DNA of 64,000 bases from Gemmatimonadales bacterium. GTDB lineage: Bacteria; Gemmatimonadota; Gemmatimonadetes; Gemmatimonadales; GWC2-71-9. The stretch is from positions 25,398 to 89,397 of the forward strand of contig JBFIHA010000002.1 of NCBI GenBank assembly GCA_041602035.1, given 5' to 3'. Both the position numbers and the translations under genes were made by a program. Below the pieces are notes generated by a model. It had not been told where the DNA came from. It did no database searches and saw only the letters and a program-made list of their open reading frames with translations. Shown here in pieces: positions 45,762-56,438 of this stretch. Positions within the stretch are counted from its first letter, which is position 1; each line of letters starts with the position of its first letter.

Positions 45762-45796
45762 CGTGCAGTCCGGTGCCGCTACAATGGGAGACTGCC

Positions 45797-46234
45797 ATGC
45801 ATGCCACATTCGCCAGCGCCTTGATGCTGGCTGTGCTCGGGGCGGCCTGTGCCCCCGAGAAGCAAACGATTCAACTGCCCGGTTCGCTCGAGGGGCTGCC
45901 CTTCTCGTCTGCGGTTCGGGTGGGCCCAATGCTGTACCTATCGGGACAGATCGGCGTGATGCCCGGCACTCGAGACCTGGCACCGGGAGGCACGGGAGCC
46001 GAGACGCGTCAGACCATGGAAAACATCCGCGCGGTGCTGGAGCACGCCGGCAGCTCAATGGACCGCGTGGTGAAGTGCACGGTATTCCTGCTGGACATGG
46101 CGGACTACCAGGAAATGAACGAGGTCTACCGGCAATTCTTTCCGCAAGATCCGCCAGCGAGGTCGGCCTTGGCGGCCACCGGGCTCGCGTTAGGGGCGCG
46201 AGTGGAGGTCGAGTGCATGGCCCTCGTTGACTAG
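45797..46234 (+). CDS. RidA family protein with lipoprotein signal
   Basis: PFS.AV..G..LYLSGQ, VVK.TV.L.D, PARS and VE.EC.A; LGAAC lipobox. Confidence 0.9.
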   Translation: MHATFASALMLAVLGAACAPEKQTIQLPGSLEGLPFSSAVRVGPMLYLSGQIGVMPGTRDLAPGGTGAETRQTMENIRAVLEHAGSSMDRVVKCTVFLLDMADYQEMNEVYRQFFPQDPPARSALAATGLALGARVEVECMALVD

Positions 46235-46300
46235 GATTCCCACGCCGGGGGACCGGACAGCCGCTCGCCGTCGGACTCTGGTTATCTTTCTTCCCGCGCC

Positions 46301-46813
46301 ATGAAAGTCGCCCATCACCTCGCTCGACTCGAACCAATGGTTCTGCAGCCGCTGCACGGTATCGATGACGGGAGTTGGCATCGAGCGCCGGCGCGCAAGT
46401 GGACTATCGCGCAGATCGTTCAGCACCTCGCCATCGGCATCGATGCTGTCGGGCGCGGCTTCGTCGAGCTCACCGACGCGTCGGAATCACCGCGCAGCTG
46501 CAAGCCCCATCAGCGCATGCTTCGGCACCTGGTCCTCGGAATCGGGCAGTATCCCGGCGCGCTGCGGGCAATGCCGGACGCGAAACCGGACACCCGTCCG
46601 GATCCTGATCTCGTCGTCGCGCAGTTTCGCATGGGGGTGGAGCAGCTGAGGAACTTGACCACGACGTGGCCGGCGGAGCGACAGGTGGCCCGCTATGTCA
46701 CACACGTGGTGCTCGGTGATTTGAACGTGCCCGAGTGGGTGCGCTTCCACTACCTGCACTGCCGGCATCACGCCCAGGAGATCGGGCGACGCCTTCGCTG
46801 GCTCTCCCGCTGA
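46301..46813 (+). CDS. DinB family protein
   Basis: KWT.AQ.V.HL and H..LG......W..F...H..HH..EI motifs. Confidence 0.85.
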   Translation: MKVAHHLARLEPMVLQPLHGIDDGSWHRAPARKWTIAQIVQHLAIGIDAVGRGFVELTDASESPRSCKPHQRMLRHLVLGIGQYPGALRAMPDAKPDTRPDPDLVVAQFRMGVEQLRNLTTTWPAERQVARYVTHVVLGDLNVPEWVRFHYLHCRHHAQEIGRRLRWLSR

Positions 46814-46816
46814 GCG

Positions 46817-47671
46817 CTATTCCAGCACGGTGACGCCACGCTCGCTGACGGCCGGTGTGAGCGGTTCGGCCGTGTTGCCTGCGGCGGTCAGCGCCTCCGC
46901 CATGGCCGTTGCGACTTCCGAAACCCGTTCGGGCGTCGTCACCGCCACGAGTGCCGACCCGGAGCCGGAGATGGTCACGCCGTACGCCCCAGCGCCCTTA
47001 CCCGCCGCTACGCCTTGATCGAATCCGGGGATGAGCTTCTTCCGCAAGGGCACGGCAATCTGGTCATCCATCCCGTACTCGATGAGATCGCCCTCGGCAT
47101 TCATGAGACCGAGGACGAGCGCGGCTGCCCGAGACGCCTGACGGATCGTCGCGCTGCGGGGCAAGTCGGTTGGGAGGATCGCGCGTGCCGCCTTCGTGTC
47201 GATCGGTGTCTCGGGCACGGCGAGCGCTACCGCAAGACCACGGCTGAACGCGAGCCGAGCCGGGCGCGGCGCCGCCAGCACGAACCCCCCAAACGTCGCC
47301 GCACCGGCGTTGTCGGGATGGCCTTCGAGCTCCACGGCGGACTTGTAGACCACGTCTCGATTGACACTGTTGTCTTGGAGCACCTGCCGGAGGGCGAACC
47401 CTGCCACGGCCGCCGCCGCTGATGATCCCAAGCCGCGAGCGAGCGGGATCTCGGACCGGACCTGCAGTCGGTGGCGGTCGGGAATCGACGACCCGATAAT
47501 GGCGTTGAGAATGTCGGCCTGGATGTCGAGCTCGGCGAGCGTTCCTTCATAGACCGGGTCACCGGATCCCTCCGTAATTCGCACCTCCAGCCACAGCTCG
47601 AGCGCCAGGCCGAGGCAATCGAATCCCGCGCCGAGGTTGGATGTCGAAGCAGGTACCCGCACGCCAATCAT
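46817..47671 (-). CDS. thrB: Homoserine kinase
   Basis: VPASTSNLG.GFD.LG.A, IPLARGLGSS, EGHPDN and ISGSG motifs. Confidence 0.93.
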   Translation of the reverse strand: MIGVRVPASTSNLGAGFDCLGLALELWLEVRITEGSGDPVYEGTLAELDIQADILNAIIGSSIPDRHRLQVRSEIPLARGLGSSAAAAVAGFALRQVLQDNSVNRDVVYKSAVELEGHPDNAGAATFGGFVLAAPRPARLAFSRGLAVALAVPETPIDTKAARAILPTDLPRSATIRQASRAAALVLGLMNAEGDLIEYGMDDQIAVPLRKKLIPGFDQGVAAGKGAGAYGVTISGSGSALVAVTTPERVSEVATAMAEALTAAGNTAEPLTPAVSERGVTVLE

Positions 47672-47761
47672 GAGATCTCTCCGGAGCGTTGCTCCCAAGA
47701 TATCCGATGATCTCCGAGGTGTAAGGGGTGCGTCGACCATGCCCGGTGGCGAATAGCGACA

Positions 47762-47794
47762 AGAAATCGGCAGCCCCCCATGGGGGGCTGCCGA
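47762..47794 (-). terminator. Rho-independent terminator of the efflux operon
   Basis: TCGGCAGCCCCCC-AT-GGGGGGCTGCCGA inverted repeat followed by TTTCTT on the minus strand. Confidence 0.75.
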
Positions 47795-47818
47795 GGTTCA
47801 CGCTAAGTAGCGATCCGC

Positions 47819-49033
47819 CTATTCGTAACGTAGCGCCTCGATCGGATCCAACGATGCCGCCCGTCGCGCCGGCCAGATCCCGAAAAAGATTCCCACTCCG
47901 GCGCTGAATACGAGCGCGAGCCCGACGGCGGGGAGCGATACGAACGTATTCCAGTTCGCCAGCTTGGAGAGCGCCACCGCACCGCCCGTCCCGAACGCGA
48001 TTCCCACGACACCGCCCATGAAGCAGAGCACCAGTGCTTCCACGAGGAACTGGAGCATGATGTTGGCTCGAGTCGCACCGAGGGCCTTGCGGATGCCGAT
48101 CTCTCGGGTTCGCTCGGTGACCGAGACCAGCATGATGTTCATGATGCCGATGCCACCGACCAAGAGGCTCACCGCGGCAATCCCCCCCAACAAGAAGGTG
48201 AATGTCTTCGTCGTCTCCTCGAATGTGGTGAGGAACATCGTGAAGTCACGGATCTGGAAGTCGTTGTCTCGACCGGGCGGGATGGCGTGCTCGCGACGCA
48301 ACACCTGCTCGATCTCGATCATCGCCAGGGTCATCGAGTCGGGATGCGCGAACTGCACGGTGATGGAGTTCACCCGGTCGCTTCCGAAGATCCGGTACTG
48401 TGCGGTCGAGATGGGAATCAGGATTTGCTCATCCGGGTTGTTCCAACCGCTGCTGGCCCCCTTTTTGACCAGGATTCCGATGATCTCGAACTGGATCCCG
48501 CGGATGCGGATTTGCTGCCCGAGCATTGCTGCGCCATTGGCGCCGAGCATTTCAGGTACGGCATTCGCCAGTACCGCGACCCGCTTGCGCGAGACGTCGT
48601 CACCCGTGGTGAACATCCGACCGTGCTCGATCTGGTAATTGTTGACAGGCAAGTAATCGGGAGTCGTGCCGTTCACGTTGACGTTGATGTTCTGATTTCC
48701 GTACTCGACCTGCTGGCCGCGCCGGATCTCGGGCACGACCGCCTTCAGCGACCTAGCGTCCCGCTTCAGCGCCCTGGCATCGAGCGTGGTCAAGCTCACA
48801 CGGTCCGCGCTCGCCACGCCACGGTGCATCGACTGACCGGCGTAGACCGTCAGCAGGTTGGTGCCGAGCGCCTGGATCCGATCCTGTACCGACTTCTGCG
48901 CGCCACTCCCGAGGGCGACCATCGTAATCACTGCACCAACGCCGATCACGATGCCGAGGGCCGTGAGAAACGAGCGCAGCTTGTTTGCTCGAATGGCGCT
49001 GAGCGCGACCTGAATGGTTTCACCGAAGAGCAT
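47819..49033 (-). CDS. MacB-family ABC transporter permease
   Basis: NKLRS.LT.LG..IG, VGGIGIMNIMLVSVTERTREIG.RKA.GA and LDPIEALRYE motifs. Confidence 0.95.
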   Translation of the reverse strand: MLFGETIQVALSAIRANKLRSFLTALGIVIGVGAVITMVALGSGAQKSVQDRIQALGTNLLTVYAGQSMHRGVASADRVSLTTLDARALKRDARSLKAVVPEIRRGQQVEYGNQNINVNVNGTTPDYLPVNNYQIEHGRMFTTGDDVSRKRVAVLANAVPEMLGANGAAMLGQQIRIRGIQFEIIGILVKKGASSGWNNPDEQILIPISTAQYRIFGSDRVNSITVQFAHPDSMTLAMIEIEQVLRREHAIPPGRDNDFQIRDFTMFLTTFEETTKTFTFLLGGIAAVSLLVGGIGIMNIMLVSVTERTREIGIRKALGATRANIMLQFLVEALVLCFMGGVVGIAFGTGGAVALSKLANWNTFVSLPAVGLALVFSAGVGIFFGIWPARRAASLDPIEALRYE

Positions 49034-49066
49034 GGTGGCTCCGTTTCCTGAGTTCGAGTCGCGAGG

Positions 49067-50536
49067 CTAGTTGCGGGACACGCCGGGGAGACCGCCGGCC
49101 CGCTGCTGGACCCGCTCTTGGAATTGCTGTTGCTGCGCGATGAGGCTGGCACTCGGCATGATCAACACGGTGTCGGCGGCGACGAGCCCGCGGACCACTT
49201 CGGAATAGTCGAGGTCGGTCAGGCCGGTGCGAATCGGCACCGGCGTCGGCTCACCGTTGCGCATGGCAAACACGATGTAGTTCCCCCCAAACAGGGCGGA
49301 GACGTCGGACTGCTGCTGGCGCCGTCCCTGGCCGCCGCCGCTGCCGCGCATCTTCTGGAGGATGGCCCGGTCGGCCGCGCTCAAGGCCTGCGGCCCTCCA
49401 CCCTGCTGCATCTTCGTAAACACTGCCCGCACCTGTTCCGCGGTGTAGCCTTCCGGAACGGGAACCTCACGTCCCATGAAGCTCACGGTCTCGGCCTTGG
49501 GGCCGTTGGTGCCGGTCGGTTGGTCGCTCGCAGGCGTGCCCTCGTGACGCGGCTGGGCGGCCAGCTGTCGAGCCTCCGCGATCTGCTCCTGCACCCGCTG
49601 GGGCTCCAAGCCGAGCACCGCCGCCGCCGAGGCAACGTCTCGTTCGGTGCGAAGCGCCGCAGCGGGAACGGCGAGCACGTTCTGCCGCTCGCCGATGTGG
49701 ACTTCCACCTCGGCGTTCATACCGGGCTTCAGCATGTCGTTCTCGTTGGCGATGCGTACCAAGACCGGGAACATGGTGACGTTCTGCTGCACGAGTGCCT
49801 GGGGCTCGATCTTCAGCACCCGGCCCTCGAACGGCCGATTCGGATACGCCTCGACCGTGATGGTCACGTCCATGCCGGGCTGGATCTTGCCGATGTCGGT
49901 TTCGTCGACGAGCGCCCGCACCTGCACGGTGTCGAGGTTTGCCATCTGGAGCAGGACCGCGCCACCGCCGACATTGGATACCGCCGATGAGATCACGGTG
50001 CCGACCTCGACGTTCTTCTGAATGATCACGCCGCGGCTCGGCGCCCTGACGTCGGTGTCCTCGAAGGAGATCTGGGCATCTTCGAGATTGCGCTCGGCGC
50101 GAATCAACTGCGCCCGCGCGTTCGCGGCCGTCAGGTTGGCCTGCTCGTACTCGGTCTCGGTGATCGACTGGGTCTTGAACAGCTCATCCGCGCGTCGCAG
50201 CTGCGCCTCGGCATTCGTGAGTGAGGCCTTGGCCACGTCGAGGTCAGCCTGCGCCTGCCTCAGCGCGTTGCTCGGGACCCTAGGATCGACCTTGACGAGG
50301 AGCTGCCCCGGTGCGACGACGTCACCGACGTCGACCCGCATTTCGAGCAGCTCGCCCGAGGCCTTCGATTTGATGTCGACGGTGAGGATCGGTTCGACGA
50401 CCCCGGCGGCGCTCGCCGACACCACGATGTTACGGGTGCTCACGGGGACGAGCTGATACACGGGGGCCTGCTCTTCCTCGCTACAGCCGACGAAGAGCAG
50501 CCCCGCGGCAAGAATCGTCAGTACATGTGTTCGCAT
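49067..50536 (-). CDS. MacA-like periplasmic adaptor subunit
   Basis: Lipobox, lipoyl halves with coiled coil, VDE.DIG and LKPGM.A motifs. Confidence 0.92.
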   Translation of the reverse strand: MRTHVLTILAAGLLFVGCSEEEQAPVYQLVPVSTRNIVVSASAAGVVEPILTVDIKSKASGELLEMRVDVGDVVAPGQLLVKVDPRVPSNALRQAQADLDVAKASLTNAEAQLRRADELFKTQSITETEYEQANLTAANARAQLIRAERNLEDAQISFEDTDVRAPSRGVIIQKNVEVGTVISSAVSNVGGGAVLLQMANLDTVQVRALVDETDIGKIQPGMDVTITVEAYPNRPFEGRVLKIEPQALVQQNVTMFPVLVRIANENDMLKPGMNAEVEVHIGERQNVLAVPAAALRTERDVASAAAVLGLEPQRVQEQIAEARQLAAQPRHEGTPASDQPTGTNGPKAETVSFMGREVPVPEGYTAEQVRAVFTKMQQGGGPQALSAADRAILQKMRGSGGGQGRRQQQSDVSALFGGNYIVFAMRNGEPTPVPIRTGLTDLDYSEVVRGLVAADTVLIMPSASLIAQQQQFQERVQQRAGGLPGVSRN

Positions 50537-50550
50537 CGTTCCGTTCTCGT

Positions 50551-51297
50551 TTATGCTGTCTTCTGGGTGATCTCGTCACGCTCGATCAAGCCGTCCAGCA
50601 AGTGCACCTGACGGCTGGCATGCGCTGCGATGTCCCGCTCGTGCGTGATGAGGAGAATGGTCTGCCCCTCGCCGTGCAGCTCCTCCAGCACCTCCATGAT
50701 CTCGGAGCTCGTGTGACTGTCGAGGTTTCCCGTTGGCTCGTCGGCCAGCAAGATGCTGGGGGTGTTGACGAGCGCACGGGCGATCGCCACCCGCTGGCGC
50801 TGCCCGCCGGACAGCTCGTTGGGCCGGTGCTCCATGCGATCGGCCAGGCCGACCCGCTCCAGCGCATACTCCGCCTGCTCACGCCGCTTCTTTGCTGACA
50901 ACCCTGCGTAGATCAGTGGGAGCTCGACGTTGTGCAGCGCCGTGGCACGCGGCAACAGGTTGAACGTCTGGAAGACGAACCCAATTTCCTTGTTGCGGAT
51001 CCGTGCCAATTCGTCGTCGTCCAACTCGCTCACCTTCTGGTGGTTGAGCCAGTATTCGCCGGACGTAGGCGTGTCGAGACAGCCGATCAGGTTCATGAGT
51101 GTCGATTTGCCCGATCCCGACGGGCCCATGATGGCCGTGAATTCGTTGCGCCGTACCTGGAGGTCCACGCCTTGGAGCGCGCGCACCACCTCCAAGCCCA
51201 TCTCGTAATCCCGCTTGAGCTTGTGGGTCAAGATGATGATGTCCGGCTGTGGGATGTCGCCGGTCGCAAAATCCATGTGTCGGATACTGCCGGTCAT
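50551..51297 (-). CDS. ABC transporter ATP-binding protein (MacB/LolD type)
   Basis: [18 protein letters not shown] and ADEPTGNLD motifs. Confidence 0.95.
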   Translation of the reverse strand: MTGSIRHMDFATGDIPQPDIIILTHKLKRDYEMGLEVVRALQGVDLQVRRNEFTAIMGPSGSGKSTLMNLIGCLDTPTSGEYWLNHQKVSELDDDELARIRNKEIGFVFQTFNLLPRATALHNVELPLIYAGLSAKKRREQAEYALERVGLADRMEHRPNELSGGQRQRVAIARALVNTPSILLADEPTGNLDSHTSSEIMEVLEELHGEGQTILLITHERDIAAHASRQVHLLDGLIERDEITQKTA

Positions 51298-52583
51298 AGT
51301 GCTCTCCCGATGAGGGCCTCGATCTGGGCCTTGGCGACGAGGAAGTCGAACCGCGCGTTCACGATGTCGACCTCCGCCTGATCGAGGCTGATCTGCGAGG
51401 TCAACACATCCAGAATGGTGGCCATCCCGAGCCGGTACCGCTCCCGCTGCACCCGCAGTCCCTCGTCGGCGGCGGCCAAACTCGCATCGGCGATGGCGAG
51501 GCTCTGCTCCGCCGAGGCGAGCGCAGCGAGGTACTGCGTCAGCTGTGCCTGAACGGCGCGCCTGGCGTCGTCCGCTTCGGCCATTGCCGTCTCCCGGCCA
51601 ACGGCATTGCGCGTGACGTTCGCCTCACGAGTGAACCCGTTGAACAATGGCCAGTTCAGACTGAGGCCCACGGACCAGGAACTTTCCAGCGATCCCAGCT
51701 CGGATCCGGTCATGCGCTGCGAGTACGACGCGTTCACCGACGGGAAGTAGGCCGCGCGAGCCACAGCGACGTTCGCGTGGGCCACGCGAACGGCGGCATC
51801 CGCCTGCAGCACGGACGGCGCCTGAGCCACGGCCTCGAGCCGCAGTTGGGCCGTATCGAGCACGACGGGTTGGAACAAGGTGGAATCGGATTGCGCCCGC
51901 ACGCTCCCGTCGATCCCGATGAGCCGGGCCAGCGTTGCCTCCGCTGTGGCCCGTTGCGTCTGGGCCTGCAAGAGCTGTAGGCGCGCGTTTCCGAGTTCGA
52001 CCACACCCTGAAGGGTGTCGGACCGGATCGCGCTGCCGGCCGCCAACTTGTCGCGTGAAATACGGAGCTGCTCGCTCGCTCGCTCGATGCGCCGCTCGGA
52101 AACTCTCACCAACTCGTCCGCCGCCAGCGCGTTGAAGAACGCTTGCTTCGTTTGAAGGACGATCTGGAATTCCTGATTCACCAATGCGGCCTCGGCGCTC
52201 GCCTTGGTGGCATTGGCGGACCGGTTCTCTGCGAGCCGGCGAAACCCGTTGAACAACTGGAGCGACGCACTCACCCCACCGGAATACGAAGTGCTGGTCG
52301 GCGTGATCAGCGTGTTGGTCGTGGGGTCGAGGATCTCCCTCCCGGGCTGAGCGCTGTACCCAGAGCTCGCCGAGACGGATGGGAGCCAATTGCCGAGCGC
52401 CTGGAGCTTGCCAGCGTCGGCGATCGAGACCTGGCCCCGTGCTTGGACGACATTCGGGTGCACCCGAAGCGCTAACTCCATTGCCTCACTCAGCGTGACC
52501 GACGGCACCTGTGCCCGAAGCGGTGCGGCGGGCCACGTCACGAGCACGACCGTTGCAATGATGCTCAACGTCTTACCTACCAT
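51294..52583 (-). CDS. TolC family outer-membrane efflux protein
   Basis: Signal peptide; two OEP repeats (LFNGF twice); RY..G..T.LDV motif. Confidence 0.92.
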   Translation of the reverse strand: MVGKTLSIIATVVLVTWPAAPLRAQVPSVTLSEAMELALRVHPNVVQARGQVSIADAGKLQALGNWLPSVSASSGYSAQPGREILDPTTNTLITPTSTSYSGGVSASLQLFNGFRRLAENRSANATKASAEAALVNQEFQIVLQTKQAFFNALAADELVRVSERRIERASEQLRISRDKLAAGSAIRSDTLQGVVELGNARLQLLQAQTQRATAEATLARLIGIDGSVRAQSDSTLFQPVVLDTAQLRLEAVAQAPSVLQADAAVRVAHANVAVARAAYFPSVNASYSQRMTGSELGSLESSWSVGLSLNWPLFNGFTREANVTRNAVGRETAMAEADDARRAVQAQLTQYLAALASAEQSLAIADASLAAADEGLRVQRERYRLGMATILDVLTSQISLDQAEVDIVNARFDFLVAKAQIEALIGRAL

Positions 52584-52971
52584 GATTCCCTCGATCTCTC
52601 CCACCCCGGCGGCGTTCGCTCCGGGTGATCATCTCCTGGTACGTGGTCTGTTGGTCCTCACTCAGCAGTTGCGAGATCTCATCGCGGATCTGGACGCGCA
52701 GCGAATCGAACCGCGGGCCAATCTCGGCCCACAGGTCGGTCATCGTCTGCTGTTGCCGCGCGAGAATCACGTCCACCGACTCCCGCTGGGCCGCCGTCAA
52801 CGACAACTCGCGCTCGAGGATGTCTGCGTAGCTCGAGCGCTCCCGCGGTGGGCGTCCCCGGTCCTCACCCCGGTCGCCCCACGCAGCCAGCGCGACGCCG
52901 CCAACCGCCACTCCCATCACGAACGTGGCAACCAGCAGGCTCGCGGCGAGGCTCTTGGAACGGTTCAGCAT
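52573..52971 (-). CDS. Periplasmic Spy/CpxP-like protein
   Basis: N-terminal TM/signal; L.LTAAQ and LSEDQQ motifs. Confidence 0.7.
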   Translation of the reverse strand: MLNRSKSLAASLLVATFVMGVAVGGVALAAWGDRGEDRGRPPRERSSYADILERELSLTAAQRESVDVILARQQQTMTDLWAEIGPRFDSLRVQIRDEISQLLSEDQQTTYQEMITRSERRRGGRDRGNHGR

Positions 52972-53017
52972 AGGTCGATTGCCCGATCCTTCCGTCTTGG
53001 TCAGTCCAGTCGTCCGG

Positions 53018-53401
53018 TCAGCGACCCATAGCCGCGGCCAGCACGACATCGACGTCCGGTGCCTGACGCTCAGCCAACAGCGAGGGCACTGCGAGTTGCT
53101 CGCTATCCGACTGTAGCGGATCGAACGCCGCGGCGCTCTGGGTCCCGGCCGTCCGACCGACCCAGATCCCAGCCCAGAACGCCACCGCCGCAATGATCAG
53201 CATGGCGGCCACGAGACCGGGGCGCGCCCAAGCGGTCAGCACCGTCCACCACTGGTCCGGGCTGCGCTCCCCGTACACGGCCTCGGCGGCGGCCAACACG
53301 CGCTGCGTGAACGCCGTCACATCCTCGGCCGACAGCGCGTCGCCAAGGGCGCGACCGAGCTCCACATCGGGACGGTGATCGAATGGGGACGTGTTGGGCA
53401 T
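53018..53401 (-). CDS. Putative single-TM anti-sigma factor
   Basis: Coupled to the ECF sigma gene; central TM. Confidence 0.65.
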   Translation of the reverse strand: MPNTSPFDHRPDVELGRALGDALSAEDVTAFTQRVLAAAEAVYGERSPDQWWTVLTAWARPGLVAAMLIIAAVAFWAGIWVGRTAGTQSAAAFDPLQSDSEQLAVPSLLAERQAPDVDVVLAAAMGR

Positions 53402-53958
53402 CAGCTCTCCTTGCTCCAATCCTTCCACGTCTTCAGCAGCTCGCGAAGCGTGCGCCGACCGTGAAACACGTCTGACCGAACCGTTCCCTCGGGGATGTTG
53501 AGGACCTCGCCGATCTCGCGATGCGAGTATCCTTCGACGTCGAACAACACCACCGCTGCCCGTTGACGCTCGGGCAACTGCGACAGCGCCTCCCGAAGGG
53601 CCTGGTTGAGCCGCGCCAGATCGGTCGCCTCATCCGGCCCGACTGCCCCGGTCGCCACGCCTGGCGGGAGCGGGTCGGTCTGCCGTACTCGCCGCCTCCG
53701 CCTCCGGTCGCTCGCCGCGTTGGCCACGATCCGCAGCAGCCAGGGGCCAAAGGGCCGCGCCGGATCGTACCGACCCAAGTGGCGCAGCGCCGCGAGGAAG
53801 CCGTCATGGGCAGCGTCGTCGGCATCGTCCGGGTCCCCCAAGATCGTCCGAGCCAGGCGTCGGGCTTGGGGCGCGTAGCGGCTCACCAACTCCCCGAACG
53901 CCCGTCGATCACCCGCATGGGCGAGCGCCGCCAGCTCGGCATCCTTCATATGATCCAT
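53401..53958 (-). CDS. ECF RNA polymerase sigma-70 factor
   Basis: GD..AF.ELV.RY, F..WL.RI..N, LP.RQR..V.L.D.EG.S..EI and GTV.S motifs. Confidence 0.93.
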   Translation of the reverse strand: MDHMKDAELAALAHAGDRRAFGELVSRYAPQARRLARTILGDPDDADDAAHDGFLAALRHLGRYDPARPFGPWLLRIVANAASDRRRRRRVRQTDPLPPGVATGAVGPDEATDLARLNQALREALSQLPERQRAAVVLFDVEGYSHREIGEVLNIPEGTVRSDVFHGRRTLRELLKTWKDWSKES

Positions 53959-54003
53959 ACGCGCGGCCCAGACGGCTCGTTGAGGGTCCCCACCCCGCGG
54001 GTT

Positions 54004-54582
54004 TCAGCCGCCGCCGAGGCCGAGCCGATTCTCGACCGGCCGCAGCGCCGCGATCACGAACTGCACGTGCTCCTCGAACGGCACCCCCAGCTCCTCGGCG
54101 CCCTGTCGCACCTCGTCGCGATTCACCCCGCGGGCAAACGCCTTGTCCTTGAGCTTCTTCTTCACGCTTTTCACTTCGAGATCAGCGAGACTCTTCGACG
54201 GCCGGACGAGGGCGCACGCGGTGAGAAACCCGCACAACTCGTCTACCGCGAAGAGGGTCTTGGCGAGCCGCGAGGTCCGTGGCACGCCAGTGTACGACGC
54301 ATGACCCAGAATGGCCTCGAGCATGGGCTCAGGTACTCCCCGATCCCTGAGGAGCGCCACACCGAACGAGGGATGCTCCTCCGTTGGGGAGTGGTCCGCA
54401 TTGGGATACCGTTCGTAGTCGAAGTCGTGGAGAATGCCTACCGTCCCCCAGGTGTCTTCGTCCTCTCCGAACTTCCTCGCGTAGGCGCGCATCGCCGCCT
54501 CGACAGCATACATGTGCTTCCGCAGCGCGTCGGACGCAGTGAATTCGTGCATCAGCGCCAGTGCTTCGTCGCGATTCATCAT
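54004..54582 (-). CDS. HD/HDIG domain metal-dependent phosphohydrolase
   Basis: LRKH..AV, GILHDFDYE, DEL.G and KKK.KDK.FA.GVNR motifs. Confidence 0.9.
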   Translation of the reverse strand: MMNRDEALALMHEFTASDALRKHMYAVEAAMRAYARKFGEDEDTWGTVGILHDFDYERYPNADHSPTEEHPSFGVALLRDRGVPEPMLEAILGHASYTGVPRTSRLAKTLFAVDELCGFLTACALVRPSKSLADLEVKSVKKKLKDKAFARGVNRDEVRQGAEELGVPFEEHVQFVIAALRPVENRLGLGGG

Positions 54583-56426
54583 GTCGCTCCCAGCCAGCGT
54601 TCTCGCCAGCGTTCAAACACGATCAGAGGCCACAACGCTCGTCCGTGATCGGCCCGACCGGCGCGATGCTCGGCCAACAGATGGGCGACGATTGTGTCGT
54701 CGACGAGTCCTGCGGCCTCGAGGCGATCGCGCGCAAGCACGCGGTCGGTCTCGGCGCGGAGCCCCCGGTTGATCCAGCGGGCGACCGGGACGCTGAGCCC
54801 TCGCTTCCGCCGTCGCACCAGCGCCGTCGGGAGGTACCGATCGGCCACCCGCTTCAAGAGCCACTTCGTCTCAAGACCACGGATCTTGAGCTCGGAAGGA
54901 AGCTCGAGGGCAAACCGTACCAGGTCCCGATCCAAATAAGGTGACCGGGCCTCCAACCCCCACTGCATGGTCGCCCGATCGACCTTGGTCAGCAAATCGT
55001 TCGGAAGATACGTCCGGTAGTCGTCGAGCATGATTCCGCGGAGCAGGTCGGCGTTTGATCGCCGGGCCGGTGACGCGTCGGCAGGCGCAGCCCCGGCAGT
55101 GATGCCGGGAGGGAGGCCGGTCCCGAACCATGCCCGGTGGCGTTCGTAGGGCGTAGCTGCGGCGTGGCGCACGAATCGCTTGAGCAGGAACTCGAAGGTC
55201 ACCTTGCGAGGCGAGCTGGGGAGCGCCTCGGCGGTGAACGCGACCAGTCGGCGGAGAGGTGCCGGCAACGCTGCGTATCGATCCGCCAACCGATGACCCA
55301 CGTAGGTAGGGTATCCACCGAAAAGCTCGTCCGCTCCCTCACCGCTCAGCACGACGCCGACGTGTTTCCGGGCGATGCGGGCCAGAAGATAGGTCGGGAG
55401 TACCGCCGGGTCGGCAATCGGCTCCGCGAACGCTTCGGTCACGGCATCGAAGGCGCCGGCCAGGGCCGGCTCGTCCACGACAATCGCGTGATGGCGACTC
55501 CCAATTACGGCGGCGACGTCATGCGCCGGGATGCGCTCGTCGAATGATGTGTCGGCGAAGCCGACCGTATACGTGTGCAACTCGTCTGTGGGACGGGCGC
55601 GTGCCGCGAGCGTCGCGAGCAGAGCCGAGTCGACGCCGCCGCTGGTGAACACACCGATCGGAACATCGGCAGACATCTGGCGACCCACGGCGGACTCCAG
55701 TAGGCCCTGGAGTCGATGTTCGGCCTCCTCGACGGGCATCTGCACCGTCACCACCGTCGCGGGATCCCAGTAGCGTCGCACGACGGCTCCGTCCCCGTCG
55801 ACGGTCACCACGGTACCCGGCTCGACAGAGGCGATGCCGTTGATCAGTGTCCGCGGCGCGCACACATATCCCAGACGCATGAAGTCCCCGAGGGCGTCAT
55901 AATCGAGGGCCGGTCGCGCCGGGCGCGCAGCCAACAGCGGCCGCAACTCCGACGCAAACCAGAGTTCCTGTCCCACGCGAGTGTAGAAAAGCGGCTTTTC
56001 GCCGGAGCGATCCCGGGCCAGCAGGAGTTGACCACGCCGGGCGTCCCAGATGGCGATCGCGAACATGCCGTTAAGGTCGTTGATGGCGTGGACACCATGG
56101 TCGAGCACGAGCGGCACCAGGGGCTCGACATCGGAGCGGGAGCGATACGGATAGTCCGGGAACCGAGCGCGCAACTCTGCGGCGTTGTAGATCGCCCCGT
56201 TACAGGTGACCCACAGTGTCTGTTCGGGGTTCGTGAACGGTTGTGCGGCCTCCGGTCGCAGATCGGTGATGCGCAGGCGCTCGGCACCGAGGGCAGCACA
56301 CGTGGAGTGCCGGATACCGTGGTCGTGGGGACCGCGATGGCGGAGCAGGCGGCCCAGGGACTCCATGGCTCCGGGCACGACGAGCGGTGAGCCACTCAGC
56401 GCCACCATACCGTAGATGCCACACAT
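54579..56426 (-). CDS. asnB: Asparagine synthase (glutamine-hydrolysing) family amidotransferase
   Basis: MCGI, HRGP, NG.IYN, SGG.DS and SGEGADELFGGY motifs. Confidence 0.88.
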   Translation of the reverse strand: MCGIYGMVALSGSPLVVPGAMESLGRLLRHRGPHDHGIRHSTCAALGAERLRITDLRPEAAQPFTNPEQTLWVTCNGAIYNAAELRARFPDYPYRSRSDVEPLVPLVLDHGVHAINDLNGMFAIAIWDARRGQLLLARDRSGEKPLFYTRVGQELWFASELRPLLAARPARPALDYDALGDFMRLGYVCAPRTLINGIASVEPGTVVTVDGDGAVVRRYWDPATVVTVQMPVEEAEHRLQGLLESAVGRQMSADVPIGVFTSGGVDSALLATLAARARPTDELHTYTVGFADTSFDERIPAHDVAAVIGSRHHAIVVDEPALAGAFDAVTEAFAEPIADPAVLPTYLLARIARKHVGVVLSGEGADELFGGYPTYVGHRLADRYAALPAPLRRLVAFTAEALPSSPRKVTFEFLLKRFVRHAAATPYERHRAWFGTGLPPGITAGAAPADASPARRSNADLLRGIMLDDYRTYLPNDLLTKVDRATMQWGLEARSPYLDRDLVRFALELPSELKIRGLETKWLLKRVADRYLPTALVRRRKRGLSVPVARWINRGLRAETDRVLARDRLEAAGLVDDTIVAHLLAEHRAGRADHGRALWPLIVFERWRERWLGAT

Positions 56427-56438
56427 ATGAGGAGAAGC

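Noticed and set aside
54579-56426. AsnB as a lasso-peptide cyclase
   Set aside because: It has an intact N-terminal Cys glutaminase domain, and no B1/B2 proteins or precursor are nearby.
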